Position numbers and translations under genes: made by a program. Positions 14,051 to 26,170 of a stretch of 64,000 bases of DNA are shown in pieces (positions within the stretch are counted from its first letter, which is position 1; every line of letters begins with the position of its first letter). Under the pieces are notes generated by a model, which was given only the letters and a program-made list of their open reading frames with translations, was not told the origin of the DNA and did not search any database. Source of the stretch: Podarcis erhardii (lineage: Eukaryota); the NCBI GenBank assembly GCA_964252035.1, contig CAXUOO010000037.1. One strand, 5' to 3'.

Positions 14051-15111
14051 AGTCTCTTGTACTGTCTGCCTCCAATTATAATGTGTGTTATGAGAACCAC
14101 TAACGTATATATATATTATATGCGTTATTGGTATATGTCATGTGTTGAGAGTGAAGGCGTTGGATTCTTGATAAAATAGCGGATCTTTTTCTTTCTATTT
14201 GTGGGGATATACGTGCCATGAGTGAGTTGGTCTCTACAGCAAGCTGCAGAAATAGACCGGCTCATGGGCTTACATACATACTCACAGATCGTTGTGTAGA
14301 ATTTTGTCTTTCTGTCAATGTGAAATATATATATATATATATGCACTCGTACGCAGTAGCTTCTGATTCAATAGAGTTCGCACTTGCAGTAGCAATGGCT
14401 TTTGATGAATTGCTACAGACTATGTTTCAAAACGCGAGTGCGTCCACTAAGTCACATATGCAGCTGCCAGATACTTAATTTTGAGTTTCTGGATGCTGTT
14501 ACTTGATATTTTATACGCACTCTCCCGCCACATACAAATTAGTAAAGATTTACGTACAAACATTATTGTTATACATATGCAATCGTGAAGGTACATAAAA
14601 GGCTGAGTCGAAAAAAAAAGGGTTTTCTTCATGTCTGTACGTCTTCGAAGAAACGTATAAGCGTATATACATACATACATACACACAAATGGTTACACGG
14701 CTGCTACATACGTATATGATTTTTTACACAACAATATATAGGGGAATAGTTTGTCTGATAATCCACATTCATGGAATAAAATGCTATCAAGTACTGCAAA
14801 ATTGTATATGTCGTCTATCTTGTGCATGCCATCTTCTTCTCAGTTGCTTCTTCTGGTCTTCCAATACTTGAAGAACTGGACACATATTCTTTGTGTTTTG
14901 GTTGGAGTTCTGTAAGATTGTCTTCGACGACGTTGAAAAATATGTTAATTTTAACATGAAACTCCGCTACATTATATCAAGCCAGCGTATTTGCACGGAG
15001 TTGACAGTGGTAGCTCGAGCACAGAACACGCATATACAATAACGTAGATAATCGTGTATCCTATAGTCGAACTTATTATAGAAAAAGATATATAGCACCG
15101 TTTGTTCAAAC

Positions 15112-15151
<40 letters not shown>

Positions 15152-18100
15152 GGTGCAGTGCAGTTCATTATAAGGAATGTTTTTGAAAAAAACCTAATAT
15201 ATGCAACTATAAAGTACGTGTGTTTCCATATATGTGTACGCATGCCGTTTTCTGCGGCGAGTGTATTAGATTTTTTACAGTGCACTGAAGAAGAAAAAGG
15301 TTATGAGTGTATAGATCGATGAAGAGCCGTCCTACTCGAAGCATACGGTGGTCACGGAGCTGGATTTCTTCATTCATTTACATACGTATACATATATATA
15401 CACATATGTGTATAACTCTGTATGTGAACACTTGTACAAGTCTGTATGTAACTTCTTCATATGTATACAGTATATATCAGTTCCTGCATACGTATAAAGA
15501 ATTATTTGTAACCATTATGTGTGCTCCACGTGTATAGGCCCCTACGTAAAAGCTCTCGCACGTCTCTGTACAAACACGTTCTCTCTCTCCAGTACATCTG
15601 TACATATAATCTGCGTACTCCTCCGATTTGCCTTTTTGTAGTTCAACTAATGCAGTACATATATACACTCATATACATGTGCGTGAAACCATTACACTCG
15701 TTCTCCAAAATTCCTACCCCAACTTGAAGTAAGTGTATATATGTATATTTACACTTGAGGGTCTGAGTGGCTGATTTTCAGGCTTTTTTCTGGCGAGACT
15801 GGCTGCCGCTTGTGTGGGGGAAGCGAGTAGCAGCCGTAAAGAAAGTCTAAAGCACGAAGACTCCCATCTTTCTCTGATGTATCCCGGTGCTGATTTGGCC
15901 TATGCTTATACTTCTTCGTCCTTTTTATCGCCAATTTCCGCAGCAAAAAAGGGCATCAGGCTGCTGTTGTTGAAGACGCAGCAGGCTTCACTCAGAGAAA
16001 CAGCCAAGTGCATGCAGAGCATTCAAGCCAGCAGCAGGATCAACAACACGAAAGCACTGGAAAACGAGGCAGTTTACGCAGAATCTTTCAAAGTACACGC
16101 AGCAGTCGCAGCAGCGAAAGAAGGAAAAAAAATTTGCGCAGATCTTGCATCTAACGCTGGAGTGGCTTCTTCTGTACAACGCAGATCAACTTCTGAACGC
16201 AGCACGATTATGGTATAGTAGACACTGACTGACGCAGTGAAGTGAAAAGAAAAGCAAGAATAGCTGGCGTGTATGATTTTTTTTCGCTGTGTGTCACGTC
16301 AAGCACTCGCTTGCTCTCTTTCTTGTGTAAATGCATACATAGTTCGTTTTTCGTCGCCTCCTCTGTGTGGTGCAGTTCCAGTCTTTAGAGCCATTGCACC
16401 CTACTCTTTTCTGCCGCGTCATATATATATTTATGTGTAGGCTGAGTCTTCTCAAGTACCTTACGTATTCATACTTAAACGTGTATATTTCTGCAGTATG
16501 TGTAACGGAGAAATAAATACTCTATGTGTGAGCTACTCTGACCCATTTCACTTATTCGTTCACAAGAATGTTTCTTATGCTGCACTCACCCCACTGGTGT
16601 ATTCATTCATGACTCTCGTCAGTGCCAGCGTTCGCGTGTTTTTCCATTGTATTGTTTGTATTTGTGTAGTCAATCTAAAATTCTGGAAGACTATGAAGTG
16701 ACAGATTAAACATATACAAACATATATATATGTAGAAGCCGATAGAGATAAGCTAAGTTTCTCTGTGTATATGTGTGGGATGCCCTCAAAATGCATGATG
16801 TGCTGCGCACGCGCTTTTCTCCACGTATATGCTCCTTAGTGGAGTTCAGTAGCCCACATACTACTCAATAGAGTTTACAGTGCGTCAGAAAAATTGAATT
16901 TGACCATAGAATTACTGAACCCGGCATCAATTGTCACTGGCATAAGTTTACGTATGAATCTAATTAAATAAATGTGTATGCCTATACGCTATCTTGCGAC
17001 TTGGTTTGGTAATGCTTTCTCGTGCAACTCCGGAAGAAGCTTCATATAATAATGCCTTTTTCTTCGAAACCCAAATACTCCAGATTTTCAATGGAGCTTT
17101 TCCTCGTCTACTCGAATAGACAATGTTGACTCTAGACAAAATCGATTCGATACTTCTACCTCTATTCCTTGAAGAAAAGTAGAAGTGTTTCTCTACATTC
17201 AGGTTTCCTGCTCGCCTACTCAATATATGCCAAGCAGTTGGATAGGCTGCCGCATCCCACATATATGGCTATACGCAGCAGCACCCGCAACAAAAAAGGC
17301 GATTCAACAGCAACAACCGCAAAGCAGCAATGTCCCCGAAAAGACTGGTATGTCAAGTTCTCTTTGTTCCAATATATATATGTATGTATATACGTAATTA
17401 CAGCTATTTGCTTATAGGATTCGTATTATACGTACTTATGCTGATGCTTACGAGAATTATACTCACTGTACTTGACTTTTAAAATCAGATATGAGAGAAG
17501 TTTCTTCGGGCAGTTGATTGAATCATGCATTTTGAAAAAATGCTCTTGGAAGCTGCATCTGAAGGACCCGCACCTATATATGTATAACATGTATGAATGC
17601 ATACATATATATATATATATACCATTATATATAATTTACGCATAATGTGTGTGCCCATAGGTAAAATCTATCACGAGCTTATTCACTCTTACATGCGGCG
17701 GGGATAATTAGTAGTTACAGGTTGTATTGTGTTCGTATTCACGTGAACGTCTGCAGCTTAAAGTGACCCTCTGTCTGTGCAGATTCTCTCTGTTTTGTAT
17801 TCTGTCTCGGCCGTGCCGTTCCCTCTCCTAGTAAAGAGTACCTGTATCTGCTTTTTACAGATAGGGTGCTTCTCAGTATCAGTTGGGAATCATCTTATCA
17901 AATTCAGAATTTCCTCCGCATGTTATACAATGTATATGTATATATATATATATGCACAATTTTTTTTTTGTTGTGTCTGTACAAATATATTAAAATTTTG
18001 ACGTGCTCGCCTGTCGCAGAATAGTATATTGCACGAGAGTTCATATTTATTCGCGGATTCTCTACCTATGCTACGTTATATCATCAAAATATCACGAAAT

Positions 18101-18521
18101 TTTCAATAAAACATGGTTTCAGTGTGAAAAGGCTTTTATATTTCACTAATACGTATATGTACATACATGGGAGCTTTCTACCTGCTTTGTTTCACGGCTT
18201 GTCATTTTTTCTTTTTTTGGCAAATATCCTTTACTGTGTACTTTTCGCTTCATCCGTTGTGCCCTCGCCGTACATTTGCGCTGCCTTTCTCCCTCCATCA
18301 CGTCTGTGTATGTATGTCTACATATATATATATGTACACAGTTCCGTATATGACTGATTGTTTAGATGTATAAACCTTGGCTCCTTCTATTCGGCAGTAG
18401 GCGTGTATCATAAGTAGCCTTCTTTTTTAACTGAATTCCAATTGACCCACGATATAAACTTGGGATCTCGAATATTTCCTCAATTGATACGGATGCGTTT
18501 CACTTTTAACCACGATGCATC

Positions 18522-18575
<54 letters not shown>

Positions 18576-19610
18576 TCGATAAAAAGTGAATCACCAATTT
18601 TTTTCTCAAAAAGTTTTTTCCGACAGTTTTTTCTTTGTATTTGATCTCCACCATATTCATTATCCAGTACGGACATATTATTTCCTCTGCTCTCATAGTT
18701 GCGCTTCAGTCATTCTCAGAGCGTTTTGTTAAATCAATTATAAGTTTAAGCGTATACATACATTTGTATCGCTATTCACATCGGATTTTGTTTATTTTCC
18801 ACATGCTAGACGTGTACGCTATTCTCATGCACTAATTTTTTTGAGACTCTTTTACCCTCACACCGATATGTCTTGGTACAAACTAGTAAACCGCACACCA
18901 CTAGAGATCCCTTTTGTTCAACAACTGTCATGTGCGAATTGCCACACCATACTTGCCCATTCTGTCTTCTTTTGTATACAATATCATTTCAGATTTTCAT
19001 ACATAGACAATGAGTCATCTGTCATCGAGATCTCTTCTAGAGAACGTTTTATAATGTGTTTTTTGTTGTGATATCTACATTAGGAAATCTGCGTGTGCTT
19101 TCTGGATCTACGATCTCTATTCTAAATATTCTAAGCCGCTTCCCCAACATATATATAATATATACTGGAATAAATATGTTTGTATGTATAATCATGCGTA
19201 TCAGAGCGTATTGGAGAGTCAGTTTTCGTGTAGTTGGTTTTCCAGAAAGTATACACGCTTATGATACGGTCTATACCATCGCGGGTTTTTTGTCTCACAG
19301 GATCTGCCGTGTCTATAGCAGAGCAATCCTGTATTTGTTCACTTCTTTTCACGGCGCATCATACTTACCTTTCATCTGGTGTAGACCTGCCGTCTACTCA
19401 TTGTTCCAATGTCAGATAATTGCTAAATTCATGACAGGTTAATATGCTGACTGAAATAGTCTCAATCTATGTTCTTCAGATATTTAAGTTTGTTATAACA
19501 ACTACACACTACCAACAGAGAGATATAGGACTTCTTTTCACCAGCGATCGTACGTCATAGGGGGCTCACTGCATCCTCATATATTCACTTCCAACTTCAC
19601 CTGTGCTTAC

Positions 19611-19664
<54 letters not shown>

Positions 19665-20998
19665 ACTACTGGGTTTCCCGATTTTCTCGTATGAACGTTG
19701 AAAAAGGACTTGTTGGTGTCCTAGCGAATTGGCTGTGCTTTGTGTGTACAGTCTACCGCCTATCTACGGTAGATTTACCGTTCATTCACTACCCCTCATG
19801 CGCTTACTGCTTCATCGTCTTTTCACCACGCCTCGTTCCTACGCTGCGTGAAGCACTGCTTGATGCCTGTGCTGCCAAAGCGCTGCAACAGTCGTCTTTG
19901 CTGACAGAAGCAGCACCAATAGCAACAACAGCAGCACCAAACTCAAGAAAAGCAGCAATTGAAACAGAAGAGAGAGTTCTTTCTTGTGGAGGGAAGACTC
20001 TTGGAAATCGAGAAGCAGCTTCCATACCGTCTGAGTCAGCTACGAAATTAGAAGAGAATGCAGCCCGTAGGAGTGTGACTGAAAGAGAGCTACACTCTTT
20101 GGTGTTTGCTGTTTGTTGGGGAGAAGCTTCTGCAAGCATTCGCTGCAGCAAGAGTGGCGAAAGGAACAGCTGCCATAGTGGCAGCTTTTTCAGCAGCAGC
20201 AATAGCGACAGTGAAAGCATTCTCATAAAGAAGCGTCCGTTTTCCTGTGACTTGAGCGAACTTCAGTGTCTCGGTAGAGAAGCAGGGGATGAGTCAGATG
20301 GCTTGAGTTGCTTTGAAGAAATCTCGAGAAACGCAACCTGCGGGAAGACGGCTGCAGCAGCAACCACAAATACTGTCGATGTGCGATATGTCTGGAGTTC
20401 GGCTAGTTGGCGAGGTGAGGGCAGAAAAACCATACTTATCGCAACATACACTTCAATTCCGCACTTCTACAAATAACGTATGTACATAAATAAATGAATA
20501 AATATATATATGTATGTATGTATGAAGAGGTCTTGAACTTTCATCAAGGACTTGTTGATGTCCAAGCAAATTGGTTGTGTAGTTCTCTTAGACAAAGTTG
20601 GCCCTCTCTCGCCGACTCAAACGTGCTTTGTATGTCTTTCGTGTTAACGCTTGCTAGGTGTATGCTGACTGCATAAACTACCTCGCGTTTGTCTTCTTTT
20701 TTTACGCTCTACAACTGTATGGTTGCTTATCCAATGAGTATCCTCATGGGTAACGTTTCTTTCGCGGAGCGCGCAACAGTGCTGATAATGTGTCGTTAGT
20801 GACTGAAATCTGACAACATTTGCTTAGTTGAGCGTATGCAGAGTTACCGACGTGAATTAGCAAACTGCATACTGCTTATAGCGGTCAGCCACACTTCCTC
20901 CTGCAAAGGATTCCCCTCTTTTTATCACAAGTAGACCAATATCTGATAAACAGTCAGTATATGTCTCTTCGTAAAACTATGTCACGCGGTGATGCAAA

Positions 20999-21033
<35 letters not shown>

Positions 21034-22653
21034 TTAAACATTGCGTTCTCGAGGTAATAAGATGTGTCTTGGGAACTAAGGAAATGAATAGCGTGAATGT
21101 ACTTGACCACTCTGACGTATGTCTCAATATAAGCGTAGCAATGGCTGCTATGTATCCAATTTTCGTAGTAGCTGCAGTTATACCTTTTAATCATCGAAGA
21201 TGGTGGCTAGCTAGAAATTTCGAGATTACGCGTGCGAAACGCAACGTATACATGCCTGCAAATACGCAGAGTGTAAACGAGGCTAGCGTTCCTGGACGGT
21301 ATAAATCATATCTCGATTATATATATATATAATAATGGCCTACTGTTCTAGTCGATTTTGACATCGATTCTTAAGTGAATAAAATTTATCAGTACATATA
21401 TTCACGTGACTTGACGTCACAAGCTTGTCTTATAGTTTACAAAAGCTGCATGGCTGCGGAATAAATCTTTCACATACTGGACTGCAGCTGACGTTGCACG
21501 CTGACGCGGTTCTCTCATTCACTTTTGAGTCGAAAATAGTATCTACATGACACAGGTATGATTTTAAATGAGTATCTAAAGCTAGGTGTATATTCGTGCA
21601 TAAGGATGTTTATTTTGAATGAATGTGTGGATGCAGCGGATAGGTGCAGTGTATTAGTCATAGTATATTTGTAAATCCAACGTGACTGTATACATGGGGA
21701 CAGAGCTCAAGTAGAAAGGAGTTGTGTAGCGCGTAAACGCCTTCTTCTTCTTTTGTGCAATCGAGACACTTTACAGATTGAATTTTCGCGGAAGAGTTGT
21801 CATTCATTCATCATAGTGTACCCAGCTCTTCAAGGATACTGCTCTTCTTTCAGCAGTCTTTTCGACAGTACGTTTTAATTGTTGTGCAAAGCTATAGATT
21901 TCGGAAGCTTTTTTCAGCTGTGTAGGCGATTCCTCTAGGCTTTTTTGTCCGCTGATGGTAGACAGCATAGCCCTGTGCAGAAGGTCCAACACTTGGAAAA
22001 CAGGAATCGTGTGAACCTATTACCAAGAGGACTCTTGATGACGAAATGGATCAGAGTTTGAGTACATTACGGAAAGTTTATACTTCTGTTAATTTTTTTT
22101 TTCATCCAGCAAGCTTTTTTCATGCGACGTGCAATTCGTATACAATATGAATTGATCGGCTCATTACCGATTTACATTGATGCGTCGCAACCACACAAAG
22201 GGAGACTCTGTTTTGGTTACTGCCGCATTTTTGTACATTATTTGTTCAGAAGAATTTCTCAAAGCAATTTACGATGAATTGGAGGAGTTTCACGAGACTA
22301 CAGCCTCTTTCGACCCGGAAAATCTTCTTGTGGTTCTCAGACCGGACGCGCACATCTTAACAGCGGCGGTTCTCATTAAGACCGAATCTTCTGATAATTC
22401 CACTATAGCATCTGGTTGTTCTTCATCCTTCTTTACTGGAGAAAGTTCTCCTTTATGCGATAAGAGTTCCTTTGCAAAATCTAGGAAAGACGGCGCCAGC
22501 TCGGGTTTTGACGAAAATACTGAAGAAAAATCATTGTTGCAGGGAGAGTGCTCAGGAACAGTACAAGAGGGGAATAAAAAAGAGATCGGTAGAGCTGTAG
22601 AGGCAAGTTTACGAAACATTGTACTCCGCATCATGCGTGGGCTCCCATGTTGA
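234..22653 (+). CDS. FAD-dependent monooxygenase, group A flavoprotein (PheA/TfdB, 2,4-dichlorophenol 6-monooxygenase-like); multi-exon gene span with apparent assembly frameshifts
   Basis: Family motifs occur in order over phase-compatible exons: VLIVGAGPVGLSLA (GxGxxG), KAHYCSTRSME, SPCRVGHIPQ, LVACDGANSAV (DG), [35 protein letters not shown] (GD), YDEERR, LSLMYPGADLAY, YMPSSWIGCRIPHIW, STVDL, VLRPDAH. Exons: 234-1374, 3504-3650, 4703-8730 (internal structure uncertain), 9917-10861, 13431-13654, 15782-16212, 17203-17347, 19752-20414, 22250-22653. The start codon is uncertain. Confidence 0.9.
3504..3650 (+). CDS. Monooxygenase exon 2
   Basis: ctgcag|TTTGG acceptor; encodes (V)WRLFEHLDEEI...WRYFSYCTHL...LIASCDHFR; CGAG|GTATGC donor; phase 1 to phase 1. 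Confidence 0.85.
4703..7199 (+). CDS. Monooxygenase exon 3, 5' part, with at least 4 frameshifts
   Basis: tgacag|AACAC acceptor in phase 1. SPCRVGHIPQHVLLPML and LVACDGANSAV are in frame 1, MQGLEDVQHLVNITFTS in frame 2, and MLYYVMNS...GEFVAHIPYFP...[11 protein letters not shown] in frame 3. Confidence 0.8.
7200..8730 (+). CDS. Probable low-complexity coding insertion of the monooxygenase (exon/intron structure unresolved)
   Basis: Pyrimidine-rich overlapping ORFs. ORF 8248-8814 ends at a good phase-0 donor GAG|GTGAGG (8731) that matches the phase-0 acceptor at 9916. Internal introns, e.g. 7404-7537, are possible. Confidence 0.4.
9917..10861 (+). CDS. Monooxygenase exon with GD motif
   Basis: atttag|GGA acceptor; [34 protein letters not shown] and LKSYDEERRLVAK; AAG|GTGAGA donor. 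Confidence 0.9.
13431..13654 (+). CDS. Monooxygenase exon (one -1 frameshift near 13468)
   Basis: ttcag|TAC ACT TGC gives YTCSVAVDNFRRG, then frame-shifted LKAPALLALD...LALGRKK; AAG|GTATTT donor. Confidence 0.8.
15115..15148. repeat. (TA)n microsatellite
   Basis: Perfect dinucleotide run in an intron; one of dozens in the window. Confidence 0.95.
15782..16212 (+). CDS. Monooxygenase exon (one -1 frameshift near 15847)
   Basis: ttttcag|GCT gives AFFWRDWLPLVWGKRVAAVKKV, then frame-shifted LKHEDSHLSLMYPGADLAYAY; ATG|GTATAG donor. Confidence 0.8.
17203..17347 (+). CDS. Monooxygenase exon
   Basis: ttcag|GTT acceptor; YMPSSWIGCRIPHIWL (family PGxRxPHxW motif); G|GTATGT donor. Confidence 0.85.
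18525..18569. repeat. (TA)n microsatellite
   Basis: Perfect dinucleotide run in an intron. Confidence 0.95.
19613..19662. repeat. (AT)25 microsatellite
   Basis: Perfect dinucleotide run in an intron. Confidence 0.95.
19752..20414 (+). CDS. Monooxygenase exon
   Basis: tacag|TC phase-1 acceptor; VYRLSTVDL (family STxDL motif); G|GTGAGG donor. Confidence 0.8.
22250..22653 (+). CDS. Monooxygenase terminal exon
   Basis: gttcag|AA phase-1 acceptor; LLVVLRPDAHIL (family RPDgH motif); TGA at 22651-22653. Confidence 0.8.
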
Positions 22654-25600
22654 GGTAAATTTTGTTTGCCCGCTTCAATCGTATCAGAGTAAACTCTGTC
22701 AACCAGCCCAGATAGTTTCAGCTATAATTTTTCACTCACATACCTCTTGCGTGTGTAAATTCGTAAGCCTACGCATATTTTATATCATGGGAATCTTTAC
22801 GTAAGCAATTTAGGCGGAATAAGATATTGTGGTGAGCAGCGAGCGTGCCACTCTGCTGAGTACTTTCAGACAGATTGCTACATATATACGCATGTAAAAT
22901 ATATAATATGCAGCCACCAAAAACGAGATGCACAAGTTTGCGTGGATTTTTCATTTCACTTAGACACTATATATGCTTCATTTATGAGTTTATGTAGCCG
23001 GAAGCGTTATCGTGTTGACACAAGGGCAGACAGTTCACGACAATGTGCGAAAACACACTGGTTATAGCAGCCCACACTTGGCATAAGCATATTCTTTCTT
23101 ACACTGCTCACATGTCACAGTTTCAGCGTAGCGACGCAAACAGCGCTGAAACAGCTACAGCATAGCCGCAACTTGCGATAGTCCTCAGAAAGCGTCCGCA
23201 GTAGTGCATTAACATCGTAGTATACCGGAGAAAGCACAGTCCGCATTGCTTTGACAGTCAAGGGCTTATCGTAGCAGCAGCACTGTAGCAGTAACAGCCC
23301 AAAAGCACAAGAATTTTTTCCAAAAACAAAATCAGAGCAAAAAGGGTACGGGCGATTTGGTGAGTGGACATTGAACCGTTTATTGTTATCGGTTATCAAT
23401 TTTCTGGAGGCAGAGATATTTTTGGCATGCTAACCGTAGATTCAGATGTTCGATAACGTCTACCTTTTGCTAAAAAAAGAAGTTCTTTCGGCTTCATCTT
23501 CAAAGGCAGCTGCATATGCGCGTTGGTAATCCATTTATCGGTAGCCCGCTTCTATCGTATTTGTAAGATACCACAGCATGCCACATACCACAAGCTACCG
23601 TGACTAACTGTCTCCATATACCACAAACATGAAGATCGCCGATTCCATGGCGCTTGTTTCAGTGTTCAGATATAAGTACTGCGGGTAGTTGCAGTGAGTT
23701 TCGAATAGAGCTGGCTCGTGTTGAATTTGCTTTGCTTTGTCGTGACTAAACTGACGGCATTATTTTCGCTTTTTTGGCACAAAATATTTACCAAACCTTT
23801 ATTACTCAATAGCGGTGAAAATAACCTCGCTGACGTCCCACATATCAATTATAGGAAGGTCGGACAAAAAAACAATTCGAGTTGCTTTTTTTAAAAAAAT
23901 CATATTTTCTTCAATCGTTTTTTTTCCTCTCCATGTTTGTGCATGAAGAAAGGTACATTAGGACACAGATTTATTTATCAATTCTCTGCAGCTTCGCTAG
24001 ATACTGGCTCAATGCAGCGTACATCATACCTTCAAAACGTTGCAACTTAGATTATAACACTATCAATTATTCTGTGAAATACTGGACAATACTTGTAGAA
24101 TCGGAACACCATATTTTCTGATCAGAAAGCAGCGTGAAACTGAGACATAGCGTTTCCTTGCATAAATGAATTGTAGCACGTGACTGACAGCAACAGTCTA
24201 AATTGGAGCCATGCTTGGAACTGGTTGGTTACTTTCAACAGCTGCTGAAAAAAAGTATTACGTTTTCAGCCCCAATTGCTGACAAATGCCTTGAAAAAAC
24301 GCCTCAACACCCCAAACTTTTTAAAGAACTGTCAAGCCTCACAAAAATTTTGCATTTTGAATTTTACTTCGTAACATGGCGCTACTAGAATTATTCGCAC
24401 TGCTGCTCTTCTAAATTATTTTCCTGCATCATTTCAAAACTTTACAAAAGAGACGAAAGAAGGGCAAAGATAGCGTGAAAAACCTCGGTTATAACAACAT
24501 ATTTTGCATATGATCTATACGTACTACAGGATATTGCAGTAAGGTCCACAGTGACAGAGCGAATCCTAGGTTCACAATTGCTGCAGGAAACAATAAATTC
24601 ACATTTCTCCGTCAGGGACAGATTTTCGATACTACATGCCATTACCATGTCTGCAACAGAGCAGAGAAAACTCGCATATTTTCCAAAATGTTCTCAAATG
24701 CTCTTGGCTTTACCAAGGTCTCTGGCAGTTCCTACCTAGGAAACTGCGCGTCTTTTTCACAAATGTTAGTGACAAAATTCATACTGATGTACAGATTTTT
24801 TTACTGTGATAGACGCCGTGGCTCGATTTGTGTATAATGTGCAATCAAATGTGCCGTACGCATCTGATTTGCTCAGGAGCGAGTGAACTTCTTGCCCTAA
24901 ACGTATTTTCTACGACGATCGATTGATCTGTGAATGTGTGCTTCTGAAGTTTTTGAAAGTCGGTTTGAGCAATTGTAAGCTTGTTTTCTGAAGTATTTTA
25001 GTGATTTTCCGATTTGGAGTTGAGCATCTCATATTATTGCGGCGACATAACAAATGTGGAAGTGTCCAGTGAATGCTTATGCTTGCTCGTCATGGCTGTT
25101 GCAATCAATAATTTAAACACGTGTAAAAACCGCAATTTGTGCATATACAGCTATAATTCTATTAAGAGAGAGAGAGCTTCCAGAGAGAGGTTGAGAATAG
25201 AAAACGATGAACTGAGTAACTGACTGTCTGTGTCCACGAGAGGTTGCTGACTGTGAATTGATTCAGCGTCTGGTGTAGTTGACAATACAATATATTTATG
25301 AAAGCATCATACGTAGTACACGCAGCTGAGACAAGCAGGCACAATGGAATCATTCAATTCGAAAGGCGCAACACGATTTCTGCTTTGCCAACGCTGATTT
25401 TTCCAGCGGCTTCGACATTCAAATTACTTGTAAGGAGAGCAGACATTATCTGAGATTGAAAAAAAGCTCGCACACAGACTCTTGGAATCATATTAGGGCC
25501 ACGTCAACCACAAATTGACAATGCGCCGGTTGTTCGTACAACCCATATGTACCACTTAAAACATTTTGCAATTTTTCTTTTTGTGAAACCACTTGTATAG

Positions 25601-25898
25601 AGAACTTTCTATCAGCTACAAGTAGATTTGTGTCGTCATATTAAAGAGAGTGTATAAGTAGGAATAGCAAACCACCTGCGGAGCAATGAGCTACCCTCGC
25701 AAGTCAACTGTAGAGAGCTCCATTCATGTGTTACGATCCTAACATGCGTGCTGCCGATTGTTAGACGCGACGGGCGTGCAAAAGTAATATAGTCTCTGTC
25801 TGATCTCATATGCATGATTACGCTTATATATATACGAAAAAGCGACAGACTACTGTTCAATTCTTCACAGTTGTAATCAAATTGTTCTGGCTGCAGGA

Positions 25899-26170
25899 TG
25901 TACCCTGTGGGTGAGATACCTCACTGATACAGCTATTCACTACGTGCATTCTAGAAAAAAATTCTAGAAACAGAGAGCGCGTTTGTGTTAACTATACAAC
26001 ACTACCCTAGCCTCACTGATACACCTATTCACTATGTGCGTTTGAGGAAAAAAGAAAGACAAAGAGAGCTCATTTGTGTTCACTGTACAACGCTACCGTG
26101 TGGGTGAGAAACTCCAGACTTCACCGGTACACCTATTTACTATGTGCGTTTGAGGAAAAAGGAAGAAAAA
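25899..26170. repeat. Three degenerate tandem copies of a ~92-109 bp unit
   Basis: cctcactgatac...ctattcacta..tgc.tt..agaaaaaa...agagagc recurs at 25919, 26011 and 26120. Confidence 0.85.

Noticed and set aside
23464-23534. Resemblance of YQRAYAAAFEDEAERTSFF to the papain I29 (ERFNIN) propeptide
   Set aside because: The spacing of N/I/N does not fit, and no cysteine-protease catalytic domain is nearby.
25949-25969. TTCTAGAA pair resembling a heat-shock element
   Set aside because: It lies between two convergent 3' ends, is not retained in the other repeat units, and canonical HSF is not known in apicomplexans.
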